The notes beneath the pieces were generated by a model. That model worked only from the letters and a program-made list of their open reading frames with translations. It did not search any database and was not told the DNA's origin. From Macrostomum lignano (Eukaryota), in assembly GCA_002269645.1 (NCBI GenBank), contig NIVC01003676.1, positions 1 to 64,000 on the forward strand: a stretch of 64,000 nucleotides of DNA. The letters are read 5' to 3'. The position numbers and the translations under genes were made by a program. Shown here in pieces: positions 23,593 to 34,495 of the stretch; the stretch's first letter is position 1, and each line of letters begins with the position of its first letter.

Positions 23593-24246
23593 ATGGAAAC
23601 ACGTGAGCGGATAAACTGTTATGATGTGCGCCTGCGACAGGGAAGCTGCATGATTGTCAGCGGACCTACAAATGCAGGAAAGACAACCTTCGTGAAACAT
23701 CTGATACAATACAAGGATGTCATGTTTGATGTGAAGCCTGGGAGAGTTCTGTGGTACTACGGGATTTCACAAGCAGCACACTCTGAGCTCAGCAGTCTCG
23801 GTGTGCACCTGCAGCAGGGATTTCCCAGCAGTATCGAGACCGCACTGAGACCCAATGACCTGGTTGTATTTGATGACCTGATTGAAGAAACTTCCAATTC
23901 TGCTGCTATGCGAAATGTTTTCACTAGAATTGCCCATAATTTGCCCTGCTTTCTGGTTATTCTGACCCAAAATGTATTTTTTAAAGGGAAGGAGTTGCGA
24001 ACAATGAGTCTGAATGCGATGTACTTTGTGATCATGAAGAACCCCAGAGACCAGCTGCAGATTGCAGCGCTGGGCAGGCAGTGCTTTGCTCAGAAGCCCG
24101 GCTTTCTGAGGTCAGTGCTCAAGCACGTGACCTCGCACGGCAGGGGAGCCTACCTGCTCCTGGATTTTCACCCTTCCACCCCTGATGAGCTGCGCGTCCG
24201 GGCTCGAATCCTGCCCAATCAGCGACCCCACCTTGTTTACACTTAA
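23593..24246 (+). CDS. Polinton A32/FtsK-family DNA packaging ATPase
   Basis: Walker A GPTNAGKT, Walker B LVVFDD, VILTQN, SLNAMY..KNPRD, AYLLLD. Confidence 0.93.
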   Translation: METRERINCYDVRLRQGSCMIVSGPTNAGKTTFVKHLIQYKDVMFDVKPGRVLWYYGISQAAHSELSSLGVHLQQGFPSSIETALRPNDLVVFDDLIEETSNSAAMRNVFTRIAHNLPCFLVILTQNVFFKGKELRTMSLNAMYFVIMKNPRDQLQIAALGRQCFAQKPGFLRSVLKHVTSHGRGAYLLLDFHPSTPDELRVRARILPNQRPHLVYT

Positions 24247-24335
24247 GAATAACAGCCGAGATTTTGCCATTAGGCCGGTGGTTTTCCCACGGAAATTCCT
24301 GCGGCAGAGTCCACATTTCCCCTACTACTACAGCT

Positions 24336-24651
24336 AGTTTTACCGAACGGAAGACTTGAGTTCGGGCCAATCCACGCTCGCTTGTCCTCCCAGATACTGA
24401 GAGCGAGCTTACGTTGCTCAATGGTGAAAACGCGATGTTTCTCACTTCCAATTCGACGAACAGTGAGCGACAGCTTTGAAGCCCCCTTGAAAATCTTTAC
24501 GTAGTCGTCGTGGGAGACTTCATTCTTCAGCACGCTTCGTTGGATGCCTTTTGCTTTTGCTTTGCATACCGCCGAGCTTTCAGCGAGGAAAGAATAGAGC
24601 TTGGGCCTTAGCGCCGAGAATTGATTTGAGAAATATTGAGAAAATTGTATT
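24336..24651 (-). pseudogene. C-terminal fragment of protein-primed family B DNA polymerase (pPolB)
   Basis: FSALRPKLYSF..KAKGIQRSVLK..DDYVKIF..RIGSEKHRVFTIEQRKLALSIWEDKR..SLPFG. Confidence 0.85.
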
Positions 24652-24674
24652 GACTCCACATTTCCCCTACTACT

Positions 24675-24890
24675 ATAGCTGAGTGTTTAATTGCTATATC
24701 TGGGTGTTTAATTGCTATAGCTGGGTGTTTAATTGCTATAGCTGGGTGTTTAATTGCTATAGCAGGGTGTTTAATTCCTATAGCTGGGTGTTTAATTGCT
24801 ATTGCTGGGTGTTTAATCGCTATGGCTGGGTGTTTAATTGCTATAGCTGGGTGTTTAATTGCTATAGCCGGATGTTTAATCGCTAGCCGG
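24675..24890. repeat. 21-bp minisatellite, right flank of the Polinton (same unit as 14574-14803)
   Basis: GGGTGTTTAATTGCTATAGC(T/C) units. Confidence 0.96.
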
Positions 24891-25487
24891 ATGCGTCCAC
24901 AGTACACAAGATGGAATGCTAGATTAATGTGGGTACAGAGGCTTAGACTACCGCTTCTGTTGTTTATAATACTATCTATACTTGGCCCTTGTAGAAGACA
25001 TTATGCAAATTTCGGCAGGTGAGGCTAACCTGTCTATAAAATTGAACCTGAGAAAAGCAAACAAAAATTACATGCACTGTATCGCAGTTTTGCCACACTT
25101 TTGCTTGAAACACCAATAAACCTTTTAGAAGCGGGCAAGCAAAGTGATGCGGCAAAAATTGCTGGTTCAACGGATGTAACGTTGCGAAAATTGCAATTTG
25201 CAATGTACGCCATTGCTGTCTGCATGGCACACAGTGAATCCGTAAATGATACACGGATAAACGGCTTTACATCATTTTCTGTTTAAAATAAAAAGTATCT
25301 GTTGGCCAGCACTGCAAGAGAAAGTTTCTGAAAAAATAAGTAACAATTTTACGAAGTTCACCGTTTATATAGTTCGACAATGAGCTCAAACGCTAATGAC
25401 GATGTAAGTTAGTAACTCAAGTTTTGTGTAAAAATCGTGTAAAAATTGGAGATGACGTCATATATGGACTATTTGTTTGCTTGTGAC

Positions 25488-25665
25488 AACTGTCACTGGC
25501 AGTCAATTGTTACTGACAGTCAAATGTCACTGGCAGTCAATTGTCACTGACAGTCAATTGTCACTGGCAGTCAAATGTCACTGGCAGTCAAATGTCACTG
25601 ACAGTCAAATGTCACTGACAGTCAAATGTCACTGACAGTCAAATGTCACTGACAGTCAATTATCA
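25488..25665. repeat. 17-bp minisatellite (GTCACTGACAGTCAAAT)
   Basis: Directly visible. Confidence 0.92.
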
Positions 25666-25841
25666 TTGGTAGTAAAATTTAAACCCTATAAGCTTTCCCT
25701 AAACTTCAAGACATTTGACAGAAGAGTTGATTAATACGAGCGTATTTCGTTTTTTAGTTGACGACAATTTCAACCCTTCAGGCCGACATCACCACGGAGC
25801 GTCAGCACCTGCTATCAAAATCAGAGGTGCAGCCGACAACG

Positions 25842-27557
25842 ATGGAAATCTCTACGGTGTTCAAGCTGAAGTGCTTCATCTATGCGATGTTGCTGATTGC
25901 CCTAGGCTTTGTAACTACTATTGTTGAAACGCAGGACTTCTTAGAGGACGTCGAAAAAACTGATACAAGCGATCGAGCTGCCAGAACTCGAGGCATCATT
26001 AAATGGATTTGCTTTGGTATTAAATGCGCCTACCTGCTTCCCGCCATAGCTGGACTTCTGTACCTGCAGAGGTGGGCCATAGTGCAAGGCAAACTGCCTC
26101 TAGTTGCATTGCAGGTGTGCGACCATGGGTCTCAATCAGACTTGTTGCAACAAAAAGCAGGAGTTTTGCTTCTGAAGAGCGTTAATCGATATGTCTACCT
26201 GCCAAGGAGGCTGAACAGCTCGCCATCCATGCTCATAATCTTAACGTCACTATTATTCGCGCTATTCTCTTGCTTGTCCATCATATTCGAAATGGCATGC
26301 GGAGTTATTGCGTCAATTGATCGTGCAGAATTTTTACGCAAAAACCTGCCCGACGTATTCGGATGCATGATTTTGCTAATTTTTATTATAACTCAGGCGA
26401 GGTTTTCTATTCTATACGGCAGGGTTAGCTTCCAATGGAAGCTGCGCGTAGCCTGCTTAGTTTTTGCCCACGTCATTGCCACAAACATTTCCGCCTGGTT
26501 CTTCAGTGTTGGCTTCGAATTGAGTGAAATAATTTCCAATGAAACTGCCCACGGGGAGTTTGCTGGCTCCTATTGTACAATGTTTCCAATCATTCGAAGT
26601 CTCTATCCGTTCTTAACTGAGTACTACGTGATGAGCGCGCTCATCGTATTCGGATTTTCGGCCAATGTTGGAAAACTCGGCGTTGCGATTAAAGAAGCTG
26701 CAGCTGGAGGAATTCGAATTAGTACCGAGAGCATCCGGGATCTGCTGACAAAATCGGGCTCACCGCGCACAGGACACACTTGGCGTGCTGAGCGCTCTAT
26801 GATGAGGCGGTACTCCAGTCGAATTTCCGTTGGCGTCGGCTTACTGCTCATCACGCTAGCTGCCGCTATTTTTCTCAGATATCAAAGCACAGACAAGATA
26901 TACCCGCAGGTAGTGTTCTACTGCATCCTGATCCTGCTATACTCGAGCGGTATGGCCTGCAACTGTCTGCTACTAGGAGCAATTAGTACGAGTAGAACTA
27001 GCTGTCAAAGGTTTAGCAGTATTCACGGCACTGATCGGATTCTACTGTGGCTAGGCGCTCTAGCGATCGCAGTGAACAATATCTACACCATCGGGATGAG
27101 TGTTGCTCAAATTTTACGGGAGTATAATGTCTCGTATAAATTACCTGGATTGATCCTAAGCGCGGTCTGTTCTTGTATTAATATCGGTCAGAGCTTGCTG
27201 CAAGTGTTTACTCTGGAGTGCACTTTGCTCTGCAGGTTCAGCTCCGGCAAGAATCAATACGGTCAGGCTATGTTGACAGTTCTCATGATAGTAAATGCTG
27301 CCCAGTGGCTCGACAACACAATCTGCTTTAGTTTCTTCTTTCCTAAAAATCAGCTAAACGATGCTCGAGTTCTTTCTCTTCTAACTGTACCCCTGCAGGT
27401 GTTTTTCCGTTTCCACTCGATTGCCTGCATGCACGACATTAAGAAGCATTGTAACGATTTGCACGCGGCCCATTCAGACAATCATTCGGCACAAGTGGCC
27501 GAACAAGCTGTTGAGCGTCTCAATGAAGAACCAATAGACTTTCCTGACGACAGCTAG
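25842..27557 (+). CDS. Otopetrin-like multi-pass proton channel, intronless, ~571 aa
   Basis: About 12 hydrophobic segments; LYPFLTEYY (otopetrin YPF-x-x-EY motif); C-terminal VPLQVFFRFHSIACM (otopetrin FYRxHS motif). First ATG at 25842. Confidence 0.8.
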   Translation: MEISTVFKLKCFIYAMLLIALGFVTTIVETQDFLEDVEKTDTSDRAARTRGIIKWICFGIKCAYLLPAIAGLLYLQRWAIVQGKLPLVALQVCDHGSQSDLLQQKAGVLLLKSVNRYVYLPRRLNSSPSMLIILTSLLFALFSCLSIIFEMACGVIASIDRAEFLRKNLPDVFGCMILLIFIITQARFSILYGRVSFQWKLRVACLVFAHVIATNISAWFFSVGFELSEIISNETAHGEFAGSYCTMFPIIRSLYPFLTEYYVMSALIVFGFSANVGKLGVAIKEAAAGGIRISTESIRDLLTKSGSPRTGHTWRAERSMMRRYSSRISVGVGLLLITLAAAIFLRYQSTDKIYPQVVFYCILILLYSSGMACNCLLLGAISTSRTSCQRFSSIHGTDRILLWLGALAIAVNNIYTIGMSVAQILREYNVSYKLPGLILSAVCSCINIGQSLLQVFTLECTLLCRFSSGKNQYGQAMLTVLMIVNAAQWLDNTICFSFFFPKNQLNDARVLSLLTVPLQVFFRFHSIACMHDIKKHCNDLHAAHSDNHSAQVAEQAVERLNEEPIDFPDDS

Positions 27558-28189
27558 TTTTGGACGTTGAAACTTTGATTCGTGACCTTTCTTAGTATAC
27601 TCTGGATTGGGCATGGCAGGTATCGCACTACGAGTACAATGAATGATTAAGTTGATGCAGAATTTTTTGGTTAACTATTTAACGATATTATTTTTTCGCG
27701 TTTCGACGATTTTGTAGATTTCAAAAGCAATTTGATAGCGGTTGTGTTGTCATTATAATTCAATTACATTCAAATCACCCATATTTTAGTGCCACTAGTT
27801 ATACAGTAATTGTCAAAGATTAGTTTACAGTAAAAATTACAATAATTGCTCCTTACTTAAAGTAGCATATCCCAAGGTTAAACTAGAAGCTTTATTTTTT
27901 GCTTTCAAATTAAATAAATTCTGCGAGATAAATTTTAATTAAGCGCTTTGTCGAAAACTGTAACTTCAGACCAGGGCCTTTGGCAAGGCACTTTAACTTA
28001 CATGTTTGTTATATCACGAGTAAAGGCATACGAAACTTAAAACGAAACAACAATTTGTTCGAAATAAATTGTCAGCCAGTAGTGCTGTAGAGTGGTCTAC
28101 CTCCCACAAAAGGAAGTAAAATTGTTAATCACAGAATACTGTAAGTAAGCTAGTGCACACATGCGCACCGAAACTTTAACTATGAATCA

Positions 28190-28631
28190 TGTTACTATTT
28201 ATAGCAGAAGAATGAGTCATGTTATTAATTATAGTATGCAATGAGTCATGTTACCCCTTATAGCGCAACACATGAGTCACGTTGCTATTTATGGCTTGCC
28301 GAATCGTCTATAAATATAAGTGGTCCAAAGCGGACCTGGAGTCATTCTCCCAATGACAGGAGGAGCTCCGAAGAGGAAGCCTTAGGAGGACTTCCTGAAG
28401 ACTAACTCAATCGAGACTCGGTAGAGTTCTTGCGGTAAGCCTTTCTCATTTGCGCCCGTTGTTTGAGTCGACTCACTATTGTTGTCGTGTCTACTGGTGA
28501 CGAGAACTACTGAAGAGACATTTCATCCGGATTAAAGGTAATAAATACCTTCATTTGATAACTGGGTTGCCTAGCAGTCTACCCAGTTGCCTAGCAGATT
28601 TCTAAGAAAAGTCTTGGTAATAAGGAACACA
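28190..28631 (+). promoter_or_regulatory. LTR-like/promoter-like segment: three TGAGTCA (AP-1) motifs, TATA box, AATAAA
   Basis: TGAGTCA at 28213, 28242 and 28273; TATAAATA at 28309; AATAAA at 28540; ends ...ACA. No TSD and no second LTR found. Confidence 0.35.
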
Positions 28632-30359
28632 TTTAGTGCGTCGGAAAACGTCACAGGACACGTCACAGTTTTACAAGCGAAAAGAGGTGAGAAAGCGATA
28701 GCTCCTAGACAAACCTTTTTATTGATAATTCAGTATGGAAGGCCAGGTGCATAGTAAATATTGAACCAATAATATCTAAGGAAAGTTGGAAAGCCTCTCT
28801 ATCGGACCCTCGGGGGGTCTTTTAAGACGTTACAATAGCAATCCCGCCCGCTCAAGGTTGATGTCTCTCTTGAGTTCCTCTTCTTGTTTTTTCTCTCTTT
28901 CCCCTCTTCTCACTTCTCTCTTCTCTCTACCCTCTTCTCTGCCTTCTCTCCCCTCTCTTCCCTTTCCACTCCCGTTAATAATTCGGTATGGTAGGGCAGG
29001 TGCATAGTAAATATCTGATCGATATATACTCAACAACATCAAAAAGTCGCCATCACAGAAGATTCCGTCTGTGGTCGCCACTTTTGAGAGTGCAGGTGAA
29101 GTCTGTCGCTGTAGACTTGTAGCTACGTCGCGGCAGACTTAGGTTGAGGGAACGAAGTGGGCGAGCGGTGTGCGAGGGTTGGACGGATTAAAGCCACCCA
29201 GATCAGTTTTCTCGTATCTTTTATTTCGGAATAGTCCAAGAGAAATTGCTCACTGGCGCATACGAGCGTAGAGTGGCGACTTTTCAATGTTGCTGAGTAT
29301 ATAATACTTACGGTTAAAAGCACACCCGTAATATTTCTCAGTAAGTGATTTTTTGGCTAGTCCAGACTCCTAGCTTAAGGCGTCTTTGGAACTGACTAAG
29401 ATCAGTAGGGGACCAGGGTAGGGAGGGATATCCCGATCAACATACGTGAACGTTACCAATCGTCTCTATCTCTCTTCCCCTTCCAAAAGTTTTTCAGGCG
29501 CCATATGTACAATATTAAAAGTCTCCAGGATCGCAATTCAACTGTGCTTAGCAACGTCAATTACGAGAGCTCACAACATCACTCATCACTGTACAGTTAG
29601 AGATGATTGCTACTCAAAATGGCCTTCTTAACAAAGCAGCGGCCCCCTTACCCCATTCCAAAACCCGTCAAAGCTTAATATCAGTTTTACGCCAATTAGT
29701 TAAAATGTTTTTTATTATATCAGTTACCTTCTAAACCAGCCCACTCGACCACCATGCGAGAGTAACAGCTATATACTACAGAAAGAGCATTTTCTAGTAA
29801 AACAAATCATTTTTACAGTTTAAATTTTCGGTTAAAGCGCGTTTCCGGTGCACTGAGTAAATTGGTTTAATAACACGGATAAAGTGAAATTACGATGTAT
29901 AACTTTTTTATAACTAGAATCAGTTGCCACTGACTTCGTTCGCAGGAACGAAGAATATTGCAATGTTTTCTTAGAAATTGTATTAAGAAGTAAATTTAAT
30001 TTAACAGTTAAACTTTGCTGTTGAAGGAAGGAATAAGAGATACAAAAAGCAACAGACTCATACAGTGTGTGAAAAAGATTGGTGAATCGGGACACAGGTA
30101 GTTGCGTTAAGGTAGAAGCGCAAGACTGCACGGACAGCGGCAGGTTCAGATATGAATATAAAAGCAGGTAGCCGGGCTCAACCCTAAGGCTGCTTTCCCC
30201 GACGCTGAAACCTCCGGCCCGAGTGCAAGTGCACTTTAAGCGGCATTGTCGCACAACCAGCGAGAGGCATTACTGCCCATTCTGCCAACTTCCCTGAGCA
30301 GGCACACAAGCGCGCGGATACGCACGCAGTCATACGCACAGGCACACACTCACACAGGA

Positions 30360-30565
30360 GTGTACAGCGGCCCTAACTTTATTTATCGTTAGGCATGTAC
30401 ACTTCACTGTGCCTTGGGGGTTGGCCCTCAAAGGCCGTTAATTGCACGAGCAAACTCAATCTGAGATTCCAATTTAGCCCCAAATTAATGTGACGCACTA
30501 GAAATCGAGCCTGGGCCGCTGGCACATCAGAGCGCCGAGCTAGACCACTGGACTACATCGACGGA
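30360..30565 (-). mobile_element. Possible second tRNA-derived SINE family
   Basis: Minus strand GTAGTCCAGTGGTCTAGCTCGGCG...GGCTCGATTTC resembles A and B boxes. Confidence 0.4.
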
Positions 30566-30731
30566 GGTGCATCGGTACAACATGGAGAATGCACGTAAGG
30601 AGCCCAAGCAGAAGCATGTAGCTAATAGGTCCCCACATCCGTAGGGAGCCTCAGAACTCCAAGACAGCCTACCATCTCTTATTATTCTTCACATATCGAG
30701 CCCAGTTAATCCGTTTTGGAGTCTTCCTTCA

Positions 30732-31129
30732 TCACTGAATGTAGAAGCCGTATGCCTCGAGCTCGCGCATGCACAGGTAATCACTGAGATGACTCAGTAT
30801 GCGAACTTTGCTCCCAGTCATGCCGCACGTCACGTTTCTCATTTTGAAATGCTGCGTCACCTTTACGCCGTCCACTAGTATTTCAAAGTTTTCAACCGCT
30901 CCGGAGCGTGACCCAGCCTGTTGTACACGGTGACGTAAGCCACAACAGCCGTCTTGACTAGGTCAGCCCCTCCATTGGTGTGAATGCAGGAGCCACTATC
31001 GAAGTTCGAATCCGCATTTCCGTCCATGTTATTAGTGCACAAGCCGCCATGGGCTACCGAATGTTGGCTGCAGTTGAATTGTAGCTTCTGAGGAGCTGAA
31101 GACGGCTTCACGGTGTTATATACTTTCAC
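30732..31129 (-). pseudogene. Third F-type lectin domain exon, with a frameshift in an A-run
   Basis: DGNADSNFDSGSCIHT..DL..VAYVTVYNRLGHAPERLK; then, after adding one A at ~30890, NFEILVDG..NVTCGMTGSKVRIL..YLCMRELEAYG. Confidence 0.6.
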
Positions 31130-31374
31130 GGTAACATTTTACAATTAACCATTACATATGCGAAAAAGTTCGTAGTGATTAAAACGCTCTCTGTGAATCG
31201 CCAGCACCAAGGGGCGTCAGCACCAATGATCAAAGCAAGAGTGAGAGATGTACAAACTACAGCCTTACAGGGACCACGAGCGCAACATTTGCTGTTGTTG
31301 CCGAAATGAGAGGACAGCTACAGCTACTCTCTTTCTCTCTATCTCTCTCTCCCTCCCTCTCTCTCTCTCTCTCT

Positions 31375-31427
<53 letters not shown>

Positions 31428-31432
31428 TTCAC

Positions 31433-31474
31433 TTGCCCTGGCGAAGAAATATAATAATTTCGAAATATCGGCAA
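31433..31474 (+). ncRNA. Second minimal hammerhead copy (core A6>G) between CT tracts
   Basis: TTGCC-CTGGCGA-A-GAAAT(ATAATA)ATTTC-GAAA-TATC-GGCAA; the downstream ~60 bp are homologous to 2611-2670. Confidence 0.65.
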
Positions 31475-31546
31475 TTCAACTAAATTGACTTTGTTCAGTC
31501 CTTTCCACCGTGTCAGTGCCTGAGATTGGAGGTGCCCTCCTCTCTT

Positions 31547-31601
<55 letters not shown>

Positions 31602-32217
31602 GTATATAAATGGGTGCTTTGAAAAGAACGTTAGTGCACTAATAAACAACGTACAGATGTGACACAAGCACTCACTAATAGACAACAGGTGTGACACACA
31701 AGCACTCACTAATAGACAACAGGTGTGACACACAAGCACTCACTAATAGACAACAGGTGTGACACACAAGCACTCACTAATAGACAGCAGATGTGACACA
31801 AGCGCTCACTAATAGAGATGTGACACACAAGCACTCACTAATAGACAACAGGTGTGACACACAAGCACTCACTAATAGACAACAGATGTGACACACAAGC
31901 ACTCACTAATAGACAACAGGTGTGACACACAAGCACTCACTAATAGACAACAGGTGTGACACACAAGCACTCATTAATAGACATATTAGGAGTCGACTCG
32001 ATAATCTCTTGCATGCTTACAGAGGCGTCACAAGGTGGGGTGGGGGAGACAAAGCATTGACATGTTTCTTATAGCTTTTGCTTTATCTGGGGGAGGGACA
32101 TATCCCCCAGACCCCCCTCGGTGGCGACGCCTCAGCTCGCTTAATAACTACAATACATGTAGATAGTTTTTACGGATATTGTGCGGTAACGTTCTTTGTG
32201 GTATTTTAAAAGTTGTA

Positions 32218-34110
32218 CACCATTTTACCCTCGATTTTGAACAAGGAGAACTTCGAAACTGACAAACTCCTCTTCAATATTGACACTCTATGGTCGGGCA
32301 CTCAAAATCTACAATCAATATTGACAGATCAAGCTTCATTTTTGACAAACTCTGGTTCAATTTTGACAATGCACGTTTAGTCAACTTCTCCTGGGAGAAT
32401 TCGGTAACAAAGTAATCAAATGAAAGCCTGAACGGGGCTGAAGTGAGCTGTGCAATATCAGCTTATTCTGATTTTGCTTTTTGGATCTACAAGTATTGAT
32501 AAAATTTATTTTTCTCTATCCTTTACACACACAGACTAAAATAGCCTGACTGGTTGGGCTGTAAAGTCTGATTCTATTTTGACAGAGTTGCTTCAAAACT
32601 GACACTCTATGGTTTGTGTACCCAAAAAGTCCGCTTCATTTTTGACAACTCCGAATCAATATTGAACAGTTAACAATCGATTTTGACTAAGACATTTTTT
32701 GAAATAGATTTTGACAATTTTTACTAAGATTTCTCTCTTGAGGGGGGGGGGTACTTGCTATTTGGGGGGATGTTTGCTACCTGGATGATGCTTGCTATCT
32801 GCAAGATGCTTGCTATCTGGGTGGATGTTTGCTACCTGGATGATGCTTGCTATCTGCAAGATGCTTGCTATCTGGGGGATGCTTGCTATCTGCAAGATGC
32901 TTGCTATCTGGGGGATGCTTGCTATCTGGGGGATGCTTGCTATCTGGGGGATGCTTGCTATCTGGGGGATGCTTGCTATCTGGGGGATGCTTGCTATCTG
33001 CAAAATGCTTGCTATCTGGGGGATGCTTGCTATCTGCAAGATGCTTGCTATCTGGGTGCACGCTTGCTATCTGGGTGGATGCTTGCTATCTGCAGGATGC
33101 TTGCTATCTGGGTGGATGCTTGCTATCTGGGGGATGCTTGCTATCTGGGGGATGCTTGCTATCTGGGGGATGCTTGCTATCTGCAGGATGCTTGCTATCT
33201 GGGGGATGCTTGCTATCTGGGGGATGCTTGCTATCTGGGGGATGCTTGCTATCTGGGGGATGCTTGCTATCTGCAGGATGCTTGCTATCTGGGTGGATGC
33301 TTGCTATCTGGGGGATGCTTGCTATCTGGGGGATGCTTGCTGTCTGGGGGATGCTTGCTATCTGCAGGATGCTTGCTATCTGGGTGTATGCTTGCTATCT
33401 GGATGGATGCTTGCTATCTGGGTGTATGCTTGCTATCTTGGGATGTTAAATGACCGGTCTTTTGCTAGAGTCCCTTGAGAGAGCAGGGACTCTAGCAAGC
33501 ATCCCTGGATAGAAAGATTCCCATACATGTACTCGTAGATACATGCAGCCTGTACCCCCTCTCCCAAATAGCAAGTACCCCCCCCCTCAAGAGAGAAATC
33601 TTAGTAAAAATTGTCAAAATCTATTTCAAAAAATGTCTTAGTCAAAATCGATTGTTAACTGTTCAATATTGATTCGGAGTTGTCAAAAATGAAGCGGACT
33701 TTTTGGGTACACAAACCATAGAGTGTCAGTTTTGAAGCAACTCTGTCAAAATAGAATCAGACTTTACAGCCCAACCAGTCAGGCTATTTTAGTCTGTGTG
33801 TGTAAAGGATAGAGAAAAATAAATTTTATCAATACTTGTAGATCCAAAAAGCAAAATCAGAATAAGCTGATATTGCACAGCTCACTTCAGCCCCGTTCAG
33901 GCTTTCATTTGATTACTTTGTTACCGAATTCTCCCAGGAGAAGTTGACTAAACGTGCATTGTCAAAATTGAACCAGAGTTTGTCAAAAATGAAGCTTGAT
34001 CTGTCAATATTGATTGTAGATTTTGAGTGCCCGACCATAGAGTGTCAATATTGAAGAGGAGTTTGTCAGTTTCGAAGTTCTCCTTGTTCAAAATCGAGGG
34101 TAAAATTATG
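32218..34110. mobile_element. Foldback MITE with ~550-bp TIRs and TA TSD; internal 18-bp minisatellite (~32760-33445)
   Basis: Arms ~32218-32766 and ~33564-34110 are near-perfect reverse complements; TA at 32216-17 and 34111-12; the paralogous site (~5460-5475) is empty. Confidence 0.88.
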
Positions 34111-34495
34111 TAAAACAATATATATATAGAGATAGTAAAACTTTATCGCATTAAGATAGCAACAGATTAGCAGCAGATTAGCAACAGATTAGCAACAGAT
34201 TAGTAACAGATTAGCAACAGATTAGCAACAGATTAGCAACAGATTAGTAACAGATTAGCAACAGATTAGCAACAGATTAGCTACAGATTAGCAACAGATT
34301 AGCAACAGATTAGCAACAGATTAGCAACAGATTAGCAACAGATTAGCTACAGATTAGCAACAGATTAGCAACAAATTAGCAACAAATTAGCAACAGATTA
34401 TCTTATTGTTATTTGAACTCCATTATTATAAATTTTGTTAGTACTTCGGCGCAAATCATCTCGTCTCACACTTATAGCCAAGACTTGCTGGCTTC

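Larger units (their letters stand above)
14804..24674. mobile_element. Polinton/Maverick deletion derivative with host-like DNA inside
   Basis: Left terminus AGTAGTAAGGGAAATGTGGACTC (14804-14862). Inverted copies at 24271-24329 (56/59 identical) and 24652-24674 (21/23). 6-bp ATAGCT at 14798-14803 and 24675-24680. Integrase, MCP, protease, ATPase and pPolB sequences lie inside. Confidence 0.85.

Noticed and set aside
24181-24212. Hammerhead-like CTGATGAGC...GCTCGAAT inside the ATPase gene
   Set aside because: GAAT instead of GAAA, no helix I or III, and explained by the coding sequence.
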